From the NCBI RefSeq assembly GCF_049965695.1, contig NZ_JBMFWB010000004.1:13649-77648 (forward strand): 64,000 nucleotides of DNA, read 5' to 3'. The notes below the pieces were generated by a model. The model made no database searches. It saw only the letters and a list, made by a program, of their open reading frames with translations, and was not told the origin of the DNA. The DNA is from Athalassotoga sp. GTDB lineage: Bacteria > Thermotogota > Thermotogae > Mesoaciditogales > Mesoaciditogaceae. This document shows, one piece after another, positions 35,730 to 45,298 of the stretch (positions are counted from its first letter, which is position 1; every line of letters starts with the position of its first letter). The translations under genes and the position numbers were made by a program.

Positions 35730-38156
35730 TCATATTTTTGTATTCGCAAGATTTCGATCGACGTTTACGGTTATCATCCCGTCCTCTTCGTCTATGGTGA
35801 TTTTATCTCCTTCTGATATCTTGTTTGATATTATCATGTCCGCTATTTTATCTTCGACTTCAAACTCTATCACGCGCCTCAAAGGCCTTGCGCCGAAGGC
35901 AGGATCGTATCCTTTTTGAGCAAGTAATGATTTCGCCTTCCGCGTTATTTCAATGTCAATCTTTTTGTTTTCAAGATTCTTTCGTATTTTTGATATGAAA
36001 TTGTCCACGATGAATTCCATATGAGATTTCTCTAAAGGTTTAAACGCAACCATTGCATCTATTCTGTTCAAAAACTCAGGTTTGAAATATTTTCTCAACT
36101 CCTGAACCATGGTTTCGTCAAGGTATTCTCTTTTCCCGTTTTCCACGCTTTCGAGTATGTAATCCGATCCTATGTTTGATGTCATTATTATCACCGTATT
36201 TCTGAAATCAACGGTGTTTCCCTTTCCATCCGTGAGTCTGCCGTCATCGAGTACCTGCAGGAGCGAGTTGAAAATTTCCGGATGGGCTTTTTCTATCTCG
36301 TCAAGCAAAATGACGCTGTACGGACGTCTTCTTACGGCTTCGGTTAACTGACCGCCTTCTTCATAACCAACGTACCCCGGAGGAGCACCTATAAGTCTTG
36401 AAACGGTATGCTTTTCAGAGTACTCGGACATGTCTATTCTTATCAAGGCATTATCACTGTTGAAAAGTGCCCAAGCCAAAGATTTGGCAGTTTCGGTTTT
36501 TCCCACTCCAGTCGGCCCGACGAAGAGAAAAGTACCCATCGGTCTGTTTGGATCTTTAAGACCTGCCCTTGCCCTTCTTATGGTGGACGAAATAACGTTT
36601 ACGGCTTCTTCCTGATCGACGATCCTTTGGTGGATGATCTTTTCGAGGTTGATGAGTTTATTTCTCTCATCCTCCATGAGTCTACTCACAGGAATGCCGG
36701 TCCATCTTTCGACTATCTTCGCTATAACGTCCACATTGACAACTTTCGGTATATTTTCTTGATGCTTTTTCCATTCTTCCTGAACTTTTGAAAATTCACC
36801 CTTTACTTTCTCAAGTTCTGATTTTTTCAAGGCCGCTTTTTGATAATCTCCTGCAATTGCGGCATCGTTTATTTCTTCTTCCAACTCTGATATTTTATTC
36901 TGACTTTCGATTATTTCTGAGGGGATGAACGAATTTTCGAATTTTACCCTTGACGCCGCTTCATCTATGAGATCTATGGCTTTGTCAGGGAGAAATCTGT
37001 CGGTTATGTATCTCGATGAAAGTTTAACGGCCATCTCTATTGCCGCATTTTCTATTTCAACACCGTGATGTGCCTCGTAAGACTGTTTAAGTCCTGAAAG
37101 AATTTTTATTGTTTCTTCTTCAGTTGGCTCATCGACGTTTATAGATTGAAATCTCCTTGCGAGCGCCTTATCTTTTTCTATGTATTTTCTGTAATCTTCA
37201 AGTGTTGTTGCGCCTATGCATCTTAACTCACCGCGGGCAAGAGCCGGCTTGAGCATATTCGATGCATCCAAACTGCCTCCTTCGACACTTCCAGCCCCGA
37301 CAACCGTATGCAGTTCATCTATGAAAAGTATGACCTTTCCATCCGATCCTTTCACGGCATCTATAAGACTTTTGAGCCTTTCTTCAAACTCACCGCGAAA
37401 TTTGGTACCGGCCACGAGTCTGCCCATGTCGAGGGAAAGTATTCTTTTGTCCATCATGTAATCAGGAATTTTACCAGAAGCGACAAGTTGGGCAAGTCCT
37501 TCGACTATGGCCGTTTTCCCGACACCAGGATCACCTATGAGAACCGGGTTATTTTTTCTTTTCCTGCCGAGGATCTCTATCATTCTTTCCATCTCTTCGT
37601 CACGGCCTATCACGGGGTCGAGTTTTCCATCTTTTGCCTGTTGCGTGAGATCCGTTGTGAATTTTGAGAGTGCATCTAAATTTTCAGATTCCTTTGATTT
37701 TCCAGCCTTTCTGACCGCAAGAATGGCGTTGTAAACTTTCTCATCGTTTACTCCAAATCTCATCAAAACACGTGCGGCCATAGAATCGGAAGTTTTCACC
37801 ATTCCAAGCAAAAGATGCTCTGTTCCGATTTTTTCGTCTCCCATTCGACCGGCCTCGCTTTTGGCACTTTCGAGTACATGTCTGGCATCTGGCGTCAGAT
37901 ACATCTGCTTTACGCTGCCGGTTGAAGCGGGATTACCTCCGTACTCTTTGACGAATTCCTCAGTTTTATCTTTTAGTTTTTGAATATTGACCTTCAGATT
38001 TTTCAAAGCATCTATCGCCGCATTTTCTTCGTCTTCTATAAGTGCAAGCAATATATGCTCGGACCTTAATTGATCCTGTCCGTATCTTGAAAGTAAATCT
38101 TGAGTTGACATCATTATATTCGATGCTTTTTCTGTGTATTCTTCAAGGTTAAACAT
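35730..38156 (-). CDS. Class-1 Clp/Hsp100 AAA+ ATPase (ClpC-like size, short UVR-type middle domain)
   Basis: Clp-N repeats, GDPGVGKT, FIDELH, RFLPDKAIDL, GPTGVGKTE, GAPPGYVGY, GARPLRR. Confidence 0.93.
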   Translation of the reverse strand: MFNLEEYTEKASNIMMSTQDLLSRYGQDQLRSEHILLALIEDEENAAIDALKNLKVNIQKLKDKTEEFVKEYGGNPASTGSVKQMYLTPDARHVLESAKSEAGRMGDEKIGTEHLLLGMVKTSDSMAARVLMRFGVNDEKVYNAILAVRKAGKSKESENLDALSKFTTDLTQQAKDGKLDPVIGRDEEMERMIEILGRKRKNNPVLIGDPGVGKTAIVEGLAQLVASGKIPDYMMDKRILSLDMGRLVAGTKFRGEFEERLKSLIDAVKGSDGKVILFIDELHTVVGAGSVEGGSLDASNMLKPALARGELRCIGATTLEDYRKYIEKDKALARRFQSINVDEPTEEETIKILSGLKQSYEAHHGVEIENAAIEMAVKLSSRYITDRFLPDKAIDLIDEAASRVKFENSFIPSEIIESQNKISELEEEINDAAIAGDYQKAALKKSELEKVKGEFSKVQEEWKKHQENIPKVVNVDVIAKIVERWTGIPVSRLMEDERNKLINLEKIIHQRIVDQEEAVNVISSTIRRARAGLKDPNRPMGTFLFVGPTGVGKTETAKSLAWALFNSDNALIRIDMSEYSEKHTVSRLIGAPPGYVGYEEGGQLTEAVRRRPYSVILLDEIEKAHPEIFNSLLQVLDDGRLTDGKGNTVDFRNTVIIMTSNIGSDYILESVENGKREYLDETMVQELRKYFKPEFLNRIDAMVAFKPLEKSHMEFIVDNFISKIRKNLENKKIDIEITRKAKSLLAQKGYDPAFGARPLRRVIEFEVEDKIADMIISNKISEGDKITIDEEDGMITVNVDRNLANTKI

Positions 38157-38169
38157 TTAAAACACCTCC

Positions 38170-38197
38170 AAAAAAGAAAGGGGCCAAAGCCCCTTTC
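38170..38197 (-). terminator. Intrinsic terminator between hsp20 and the clp gene
   Basis: GAAAGGGGC-TTTG-GCCCCTTTC followed by TTTTTT on the minus strand, abutting the clp RBS. Confidence 0.75.
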
Positions 38198-38201
38198 CAA
38201 T

Positions 38202-38660
38202 TTACTTTATCTCTATCTTTCTTTTGGCCGACTTTGCTTCAGGGCTCTTCGGTATCGATATGTTTAAAAGTCCGTTTTCAAATTTCGCGCTTATGTTTTT
38301 GTCGTCGACATCCGCAGGAAGCGAGAAAGATCTTTCAAACTTACCGTAACTTCTTTCGATCTTTTTGTATCCTTTTTTATCTTCTTTCTTTTCTTCCCGT
38401 TTTTCACCGCTTACAGTCAATATGCCGTCATTAACTTCGATCTGAACATCCTCTCGCTTCATGCCCGGCAATTCAATTTCAAACTCGTAACTTTTGTCGG
38501 TCTCTGAGATATCAACTGCCGGGGTGAACATTTCGTTAGAAATAGTCGCCGGCCATATCTTTGGAAATTCCTCGAAGAACCTGTCCATCACCCTTTGCAT
38601 TTCCTCAAAGGGTCTGTAAATATCCAGTTCCTCACTTTCTCTTCTCTTTTCAATGGCCAT
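38202..38660 (-). CDS. Small heat shock protein (Hsp20/alpha-crystallin)
   Basis: PAVDISET, ELPG, ERSYGKFERSFSLP, NGLLNISIPK, C-terminal IEI. Confidence 0.95.
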   Translation of the reverse strand: MAIEKRRESEELDIYRPFEEMQRVMDRFFEEFPKIWPATISNEMFTPAVDISETDKSYEFEIELPGMKREDVQIEVNDGILTVSGEKREEKKEDKKGYKKIERSYGKFERSFSLPADVDDKNISAKFENGLLNISIPKSPEAKSAKRKIEIK

Positions 38661-38673
38661 AAAAACCACCTCC

Positions 38674-38765
38674 ATTATATATACGTTAAAATTCAAATTT
38701 CGAATCATCGCTCTCGCATTCGCCCTTCGGTGTCTGGTCCTCGCTGCGCAGCGTCGGCCACCTCA
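38674..38765. repeat. Intergenic repeat family copy D (fills the dnaK-hsp20 spacer)
   Basis: 38710-38765 is a 56-bp exact match to 56530-56585; TIR-like end TATATATACGTTAAAATTCAAATTTCGAATC. Confidence 0.85.
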
Positions 38766-38770
38766 ATTTT

Positions 38771-40588
38771 TTATTTTCCTTGATACTCCGCATTCACAGT
38801 GTCATCGCTTGAAGTGCCATTCCCATTGCCAGGTTGTGAACCGGCCGTCTTTTGATAAAGTGTCTGACCTATTTGCTGGGATTTTTTCTGTAAATCGTCT
38901 GTCAGCACTTTTATCCTTGCGTAATCGTTCTTTTCAAGCGCATCTTTAAGATCTTTGACGATATTTTCAGTTTCGGCACGAAGTGCAGGATCTATCTTCG
39001 AACCTTGATCGTTGAGCAATTTTTCCGTTTGATAGACAAGAGAATCAGCCTGATTTTTCATTTCGACTTGCTGTTTGCGTTTTGCGTCTTCTTCCTGGAA
39101 TTTTTTCGCATCTTCGACCATTTTCTTTATGTCTTCTTCTGAAAGATTTGAACTTCCACTTATGACTATCGATTGTTCTTTTCCAGTTGCTTTGTCTCTG
39201 GCTGAAACGTGAACTATGCCTTCAGAATCTATGTCAAAGGTAACCTCTATTTGAGGAATACCCCTTGGAGCCGGCGGAATACCGGTGAGATTAAATCTTC
39301 CAAGCGATTTGTTGTCTCCTGCAAGTTCTCTTTCGCCTTGAAGTACATTTATCTCCACTTCCGTCTGACCATCTTCTGCGGTCGTGAAGACTTCGGATTT
39401 CTTCGTTGGCACAGTGGTGTTTCTCGGAATTATTCTGTGCATGAGTCCGCCTTTGACCTCGACGCCGAGAGATAACGGTGTAACATCGACGAGCACAACT
39501 TCTCTCTTCGTTTCGCCGGCAAGTATCGATGCCTCGACGGCAGCGCCTATTGCAACGGCCTCATCTGGATTAACAGCCTTCGATGGCTCTTTGTGAAATA
39601 TATTCTTCAGAAAATCCTGAACTATTGGCATTCTCGTCGGTCCACCGACAAGCAAAATTTCACCTATATCTTCAATGGCTATTTTCGAATCGTTAAGCAC
39701 AGTCTCTATCGGATCTCTCATTTTTTCAACTATATCGCGGATCAAACTTTCTAATTTCGCCCTCGTAAGAGAGACCTGAAGATGTTTCGGACCATTCGCA
39801 TCTGCCGTGATGTAAGGCAGATTTATTTCTGTTTCCATCTTCGTCGTGAGTTCTATCTTTGCACGTTCAGAGGCATCCTTTAGCCTTTGCATCGCTTGCT
39901 TATCGCCGCTGAGATCTACTCCGGTTTCTTTTTTGAAGTTGTCGATAAGCCAGTCCATTATTCTCTGATCAAAGTCGTCTCCTCCAAGATGGTTATTTCC
40001 ACTTGTCGCTTTTACCTCGATAACACCGCCACCTATCTCAAGCAAAGAAACATCGAAAGTGCCTCCGCCCAGATCGCATACGATTATCATTTCATCTTTG
40101 CTTTTATCTATACCATATCCAAGGGCTGCCGCGGTAGGTTCGTTTATAATCCTCATAACCTCGAGACCTGCTATTCTGCCAGCATCTTTGGTCGCCTGAC
40201 GCTGTGCATCTTCAAAATAAGCAGGTACGGTTATAACGGCCTTCGTTATCTTCCCGCCAAGCACGGCTTCGGCATCATTTTTCATCTTTCTAAGTATAAA
40301 AGCGCTTATCTCTTGTGGCGTGTAATCTTTATTATCAATCTTAACTTTGTTATTTGTACCCATCTGACGCTTTATAGATCTCACGGTTCTTTCGGCATTC
40401 AAGATAGCTTGCCTCTTTGCTGGTTCTCCGACAAGCACCTCGCCCGTTTTTGTAAAAGCCACAACGGAAGGAGTAAGCCTTGAGCCTTCAGCATTAGCTA
40501 TAACTTCAGGTTTCCCGTCTTTTACAATCGCTATTTCCGAATTCGTCGTTCCAAGGTCTATTCCCACAACATATTCTCTTTCAGACAT
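38771..40588 (-). CDS. dnaK: Chaperone DnaK
   Basis: [40 protein letters not shown]; lacks the 23-aa insert of proteobacterial DnaK. Confidence 0.98.
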   Translation of the reverse strand: MSEREYVVGIDLGTTNSEIAIVKDGKPEVIANAEGSRLTPSVVAFTKTGEVLVGEPAKRQAILNAERTVRSIKRQMGTNNKVKIDNKDYTPQEISAFILRKMKNDAEAVLGGKITKAVITVPAYFEDAQRQATKDAGRIAGLEVMRIINEPTAAALGYGIDKSKDEMIIVCDLGGGTFDVSLLEIGGGVIEVKATSGNNHLGGDDFDQRIMDWLIDNFKKETGVDLSGDKQAMQRLKDASERAKIELTTKMETEINLPYITADANGPKHLQVSLTRAKLESLIRDIVEKMRDPIETVLNDSKIAIEDIGEILLVGGPTRMPIVQDFLKNIFHKEPSKAVNPDEAVAIGAAVEASILAGETKREVVLVDVTPLSLGVEVKGGLMHRIIPRNTTVPTKKSEVFTTAEDGQTEVEINVLQGERELAGDNKSLGRFNLTGIPPAPRGIPQIEVTFDIDSEGIVHVSARDKATGKEQSIVISGSSNLSEEDIKKMVEDAKKFQEEDAKRKQQVEMKNQADSLVYQTEKLLNDQGSKIDPALRAETENIVKDLKDALEKNDYARIKVLTDDLQKKSQQIGQTLYQKTAGSQPGNGNGTSSDDTVNAEYQGK

Positions 40589-40616
40589 TCATGTCACCTC
40601 CACATTTTCAATTAAA

Positions 40617-40645
40617 ATTATAATCAACTCTTATCCTTATGTCAA
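40617..40645 (-). promoter_or_regulatory. Consensus sigma-70 promoter of dnaK
   Basis: Minus strand TTGACA-17 nt-TATAAT. Confidence 0.85.
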
Positions 40646-40765
40646 GAGGGGATCTAATTTTCATATCAAATTTTTAAGCCATGTATTATAATGATTTAGG
40701 CGATATCAATTTTATATTTACTTATATGTTAAGCAATCTTAATTTATAACTGATAATCAGATCGG

Positions 40766-41006
40766 ATGCCATGTGCTTTTTTGTGCGTCGGCCACCTCGC
40801 GGCATCATGCTCTCCGCCCGATGTCATTCCAGTCGAAGAACTGGAATCGCCTTTTGCCTTTGGCTGCTTACTCGTTACTGATCACGCGTTACTATTTTTT
40901 CTACATGCCACTGGCTACCCGCCACGTGCTGTTTTGCTGATTAAGCGTCACTCGTCACTGTTTTGTTTTTGCCATAGGCTATTCGCCTGCTATATGCCCG
41001 TCTCTA
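40766..41006. repeat. Intergenic repeat family copy E (shuffled modules, heptamer arrays)
   Basis: 40951-40983 identical (33 bp) to 56466-56498; ATGTGCTTTTTTGTGCGTCGGCCACCTC.CGGCATCATGCTCTCCGCC and GCTACCCGCCACGTGCT shared with copy F; hairpin ATTCCAGT/ACTGGAAT. Confidence 0.85.
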
Positions 41007-41023
41007 CATAATCAATTCGCCTA

Positions 41024-41052
41024 TTGATTTTATTAAATTTACGTGGTACAAT
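41024..41052 (+). promoter_or_regulatory. Sigma-70-type promoter of the cold shock gene
   Basis: TTGATT-17 nt-TACAAT with TG extended -10. Confidence 0.6.
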
Positions 41053-41099
41053 AAGGTATGTTGTTCGAAAGGGCAATAATTTTTAAGGAGGTAACACAG

Positions 41100-41297
41100 A
41101 TGAAAGGTACTGTTAAGTGGTTCGATGCCAAGAAAGGCTACGGTTTCATAACGATGGAAGATGGTAATGACATTTTTGTTCATTACTCAGCAATTCAGAT
41201 GGATGGCTACAAAAACTTGAAAGAGAATCAACCTGTTGTCTTCGACATCAGTGAAGGTTCAAAAGGGAAACAGGCATCGAACGTTAAACTTGCTTGA
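41100..41297 (+). CDS. Cold shock protein
   Basis: [17 protein letters not shown] (RNP1), DIFVHYSAI (RNP2); AAGGAGGT RBS. Confidence 0.96.
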   Translation: MKGTVKWFDAKKGYGFITMEDGNDIFVHYSAIQMDGYKNLKENQPVVFDISEGSKGKQASNVKLA

Positions 41298-41324
41298 TTT
41301 TTTGATCTGACATCGAAAAAAATG

Positions 41325-41352
41325 AAAAGCCCGAATCAATCGGGCTTTTTTT
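41325..41352 (+). terminator. Intrinsic terminator after the csp gene
   Basis: AAAAGCCCGA-ATCAA-TCGGGCTTTTTTT. Confidence 0.85.
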
Positions 41353-41400
41353 ATATTTTTTGTGTTATAATAATTAACTCTGGCGGAAGAAGGTGAAACT

Positions 41401-42600
41401 GTGAAAATTTTGCATTGCTCTGACCTTCATCTTGGAAGAAAAGTTTCAGGTTCGATTTATTCGCAGTACTTCAAGGCAAGGTACGAAGATTATTTCAGTT
41501 CCTTTCGCGCAATAGTTGATTTTGCAATTTCAAAAGATATCGATATGGTCATCATATCGGGGGACATCTTTGATAAGAAAGATCTTTCACCGGATTCACT
41601 TGAAAAGGCCGAAGACATTTTCAAAATCTTAAAAGATGCCAACATAAAAGTCATAGCCATTGAAGGAAATCATGATAGGTTGTTCGACTTTGAAAGTTCT
41701 TCATGGCTTGATTACCTGAAAGATAAAAATTACATGATAATTCTAAGACCTTCCATCAAAGATGGAAAGGTCTTTTTTGAACCGTGGAACGGAAACACCG
41801 GAGGCATGGTTGAAATTGACGGTGTGAAGTTCTACGGCATAGGATATCAGGGAATAAACTTTCCTGAATACATTGAATCTCTCGGTCAAATACTCGACGC
41901 AGGCGATCGTAACATCGTCGTTATCCACGCAGGCGTAAGCGATCAACAAACGCTCATCATGCCGGGTTTTGTGGAACTGAAAGATTTTTCACCTTTTGAT
42001 GGAAAATGCCTTTACATCGCTTCTGGCCATGCACACCAAAAACATATTTACGCACTCGAGAAGTCTAAAATTTTCATTCCCGGCGCTCCTGAATACTGGG
42101 ACCTTTCCGAATCGGGAGAAAAAGGTTTTTTTATCTACGACACCGAAGACGGCTCTGTTGATTTTTTTGAATCAAAAAGAAGATTGAAGATAGAAAAAAC
42201 GATAAAATTGGAGACAGGAAATGCCGATGAATTCAAGCATGCGTTTTCAAAGATGATCGAAGAAAATCCTGTTGAAACGAATTGCATTTACATGGTCAAC
42301 GTTGGTATTCCTTTTGGCACATTTCTCGACATAAACATCAATGAATTTGAGAATGAAATGGAAAACATGGGTGCTTTAAAGGGAAAAATAACGGTAAGGC
42401 AACTTAGCGATCATGCGAAGCACGATGATAAAGATTATATCGACCTTTACGATATTGAGAATTCGATCGTATCCAAAGACGAAAAATTTGGAAAACACTC
42501 TGGCAGCGTGGTAGAAGTCATAGACGCGCTTAAAAAAATATCGCTTCAAGAAGATGCCTTTAAAATTATCGATGACCTTTTTGACAAAATCACGGAGTGA
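41401..42600 (+). CDS. sbcD: SbcD/Mre11 metallophosphoesterase nuclease
   Basis: SDLHLG, SGDIFD, EGNHD, SGHAH motifs; precedes an SMC ATPase. Confidence 0.9.
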   Translation: MKILHCSDLHLGRKVSGSIYSQYFKARYEDYFSSFRAIVDFAISKDIDMVIISGDIFDKKDLSPDSLEKAEDIFKILKDANIKVIAIEGNHDRLFDFESSSWLDYLKDKNYMIILRPSIKDGKVFFEPWNGNTGGMVEIDGVKFYGIGYQGINFPEYIESLGQILDAGDRNIVVIHAGVSDQQTLIMPGFVELKDFSPFDGKCLYIASGHAHQKHIYALEKSKIFIPGAPEYWDLSESGEKGFFIYDTEDGSVDFFESKRRLKIEKTIKLETGNADEFKHAFSKMIEENPVETNCIYMVNVGIPFGTFLDININEFENEMENMGALKGKITVRQLSDHAKHDDKDYIDLYDIENSIVSKDEKFGKHSGSVVEVIDALKKISLQEDAFKIIDDLFDKITE

Positions 42601-42606
42601 TCTGAT

Positions 42607-45285
42607 ATGAAAATCAAATCCGTGAAACTCGAGAATTTTAAAAGCCATGTGAATTCTTACATATCTTTTTCACCTGGATTGAATTTGATAATCGGCCCGA
42701 ACGGTTCTGGAAAATCAAGTATACTTCAGGCGATAGGGCTCGGATTTTTTGGCATTACCAACAAGGTGAATCTCTCTAAATTCATAACAAATGACGTAAA
42801 AAATGACGGCTCAACGATAAAAATAGAATTCGATGACGGCGATGGAATGAATTACACGCTAACGCGAGAAATATCGAGTCGTCAATCAAAAGTACGTCTT
42901 GTGGATGACAGAGGCATGATCGTGGATAATGCCGCAAAGGTAGGTGAAAAGATAAAACAGATTTTTCAAATTGATTCCAGCGATCCCGAAGAAATATACA
43001 AAAACATCATAACGGCCTATCAAAACGACATAACGGATGTTTTTGCCCGCACTCCGGCCAAAAGAAATGAATTCTTCAACACCCTGTTCAACACGGAAAT
43101 ATACAAATTCATCTCCTCGACCCATGTCAAAAATTACACCGATAAACTGGATAAAGATCTGGGTGATCTGACCGTAAAAGCACAATACCTCGAATCAGAA
43201 ATCGAAAAGGAAAAAGCACTTGACGATCTCATGGCCGAAATAAAAAAAGAAATGGAAAAGGTTCAAAAGGCAATTCACGATTCAGAAGCGCAAAAATCCG
43301 AAATCGATATTTTTATCGATGAGCAAACAAAAATAGGTGACAAAATCAAAATGCTTTCTTCGAAAAAAAGTACGTTGGACGTTAAAATTGAAGGCCTTCA
43401 AAAGCAGATCGAAAAACTTTCAAAGGATGCCGAAGGATCGCAACGATCCGCCCAGATACTTGAAAGGTATGTTCAAGATTACAATCGTTACAACGAGATA
43501 TCGGAGAAGGTCAAAAAAACAAACGATGAAATTTCAAAAATTATGAAATCGCTTGATTTAATTCAGTCCATAAAAGATGACATGAATTTAAAGAAAAATC
43601 AAAAAGAAAAGATCATTTCTAACATAGAATCTGACAGAAAAAGAATCGTCGAAAATCAGGAAGCGATGAATGTTCAATCGCAGGAGATCGTATTTCACTC
43701 CAAAACGGCCGATGATCTGAAAGTTGCGCTTTTAAAGGCAAACGAATTATACAAATCGATCTCCGAAGAAATTAAAGAAATCAAGATGAATTTGGCAAAA
43801 AAAGATTACGGTACGATATCGAACCACTTTGATTCTGAAGGCAAAAAGGTTTTTGACGCGCTTTCCGGCAAAATCGAAGAAGAAGAAAAACTGCGCACCC
43901 TTCTCGATCGAAAGAACGAATCCATAACGGAAACACGTTCAAAAATAAAAGCGCTTGAAGAGGCAAAATCAACTCTGTTAGGCGGAATATGTCCATATCT
44001 TAGAGAAAAATGTCTTAACATGAAAGGAGATCCCGCCGCTTACTTCGATCCGCGCATAAAAGCGTTAGATGATGAATTGTCAAATCTTAAAAAGCAAAAG
44101 TTAGAAATCGATGAAAAGATAAAGAAAAACAAACAAATGGAAGATGAAAGGTCAACACTTATCGAAAAACTTTTGGATGAGAAAAATCAAAAAGGAAGGG
44201 AAGCCTATCAAAAAACCTCGCAGATTCAATCCGAAATAGACCTTCAAAAGAAACAAATCGATCTTTTGGAAAAAAGAAAAGCGGAACTTAATTTGACAAA
44301 TGAAAATCTCGGTAAAGATATCTCGGAGATGTCCAAAAAAATCGATGCCATAAATGAAAATATCAACGGATTATCGGCAAAAATCATAAAAGAGAATGAG
44401 TTGAAAGAAAACATCAACATCCTTCAAGAAGAACGATCAAAGGATCAGGAAGAAATGCAAAAAGTGAAGGCAGGGTATGAACTGTACAACCAAAACATTA
44501 TGAACGCTTCAAGGCTTGATAAGATAAAGCGAGAATTAGAAGTTGCAACGAATGAAAAATCAGAACTCGAGTCTGAAATTCATAAGATTTCAGATGAAAT
44601 CGAAGAATCCAAAAATTCATACAAGGCACAGGATTTGCAAGCAGCCAGATCAAAACTTGACAGGCTGAACGAAGAGATGGGATCTCTGCGGCAAAAACTC
44701 GGAGAATTGAACGGATCTATGTCAGAAATGTTGAAGGCAAAAAAAGAAATGGAAGAAAAGAAATCACAACTTGAAGGGATCAAAAGCGCCATGAACAAGA
44801 TATCAACCAAAATATCCTTTTCAAAATCTTTGAGGAGTTTACTCGACGATATGGGTTCTAAGATATCATCCACGTACCGCGATTTGATATCTTCAAAGGC
44901 GACAGACAAATACAACATGATGACCAAGAGATCGGACATCGTGAAATGGGCCCAAGATTATGATCTTCATCTTTTAACTTACAACGGCGGTACGCCATCG
45001 GACAGAAATTTTGAAATGCTATCCGGCGGGGAACAGATGTCTCTTGCGCTTGCCATGAGAATGGCCATGGCAACCTTCTTTTCAAGATCCGGTTTTGCCA
45101 TTTTCGATGAGCCGACGGTTAACCTTGATGCAGATCGAAGAAGTGCGCTTTCGGAGTCTTTGCCAGAATTGCTCGAAGATATGGATCAAGTCATAATCGT
45201 CACTCACGACGATTCTTTCAAAGAGATGACAGAAAAGATAATAATACTTAAAAATATCGACGGCGTGACAACCGTCGAAAATTAA
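42607..45285 (+). CDS. sbcC: SbcC/Rad50 SMC-family ATPase
   Basis: NFKSH, GPNGSGKSS, long coiled coil with central CPYLREKC, LSGGE, FDEPT.NLD, VTHD. Confidence 0.9.
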   Translation: MKIKSVKLENFKSHVNSYISFSPGLNLIIGPNGSGKSSILQAIGLGFFGITNKVNLSKFITNDVKNDGSTIKIEFDDGDGMNYTLTREISSRQSKVRLVDDRGMIVDNAAKVGEKIKQIFQIDSSDPEEIYKNIITAYQNDITDVFARTPAKRNEFFNTLFNTEIYKFISSTHVKNYTDKLDKDLGDLTVKAQYLESEIEKEKALDDLMAEIKKEMEKVQKAIHDSEAQKSEIDIFIDEQTKIGDKIKMLSSKKSTLDVKIEGLQKQIEKLSKDAEGSQRSAQILERYVQDYNRYNEISEKVKKTNDEISKIMKSLDLIQSIKDDMNLKKNQKEKIISNIESDRKRIVENQEAMNVQSQEIVFHSKTADDLKVALLKANELYKSISEEIKEIKMNLAKKDYGTISNHFDSEGKKVFDALSGKIEEEEKLRTLLDRKNESITETRSKIKALEEAKSTLLGGICPYLREKCLNMKGDPAAYFDPRIKALDDELSNLKKQKLEIDEKIKKNKQMEDERSTLIEKLLDEKNQKGREAYQKTSQIQSEIDLQKKQIDLLEKRKAELNLTNENLGKDISEMSKKIDAINENINGLSAKIIKENELKENINILQEERSKDQEEMQKVKAGYELYNQNIMNASRLDKIKRELEVATNEKSELESEIHKISDEIEESKNSYKAQDLQAARSKLDRLNEEMGSLRQKLGELNGSMSEMLKAKKEMEEKKSQLEGIKSAMNKISTKISFSKSLRSLLDDMGSKISSTYRDLISSKATDKYNMMTKRSDIVKWAQDYDLHLLTYNGGTPSDRNFEMLSGGEQMSLALAMRMAMATFFSRSGFAIFDEPTVNLDADRRSALSESLPELLEDMDQVIIVTHDDSFKEMTEKIIILKNIDGVTTVEN

Positions 45286-45298
45286 TGGAGGTGGAAGT

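Noticed and set aside
40589-40765. CIRCE or CtsR operator upstream of dnaK
   Set aside because: No TTAGCACTC-N9-GAGTGCTAA inverted repeat or clear GGTCAAA direct repeat seen.
40766-41011. 81-aa ORF, and similar ORFs at 56505-56748 and 38595-38949 that share peptide stretches
   Set aside because: They lie on the non-coding repeat family; shared peptides simply reflect repeated DNA, with no RBS or protein-like composition.
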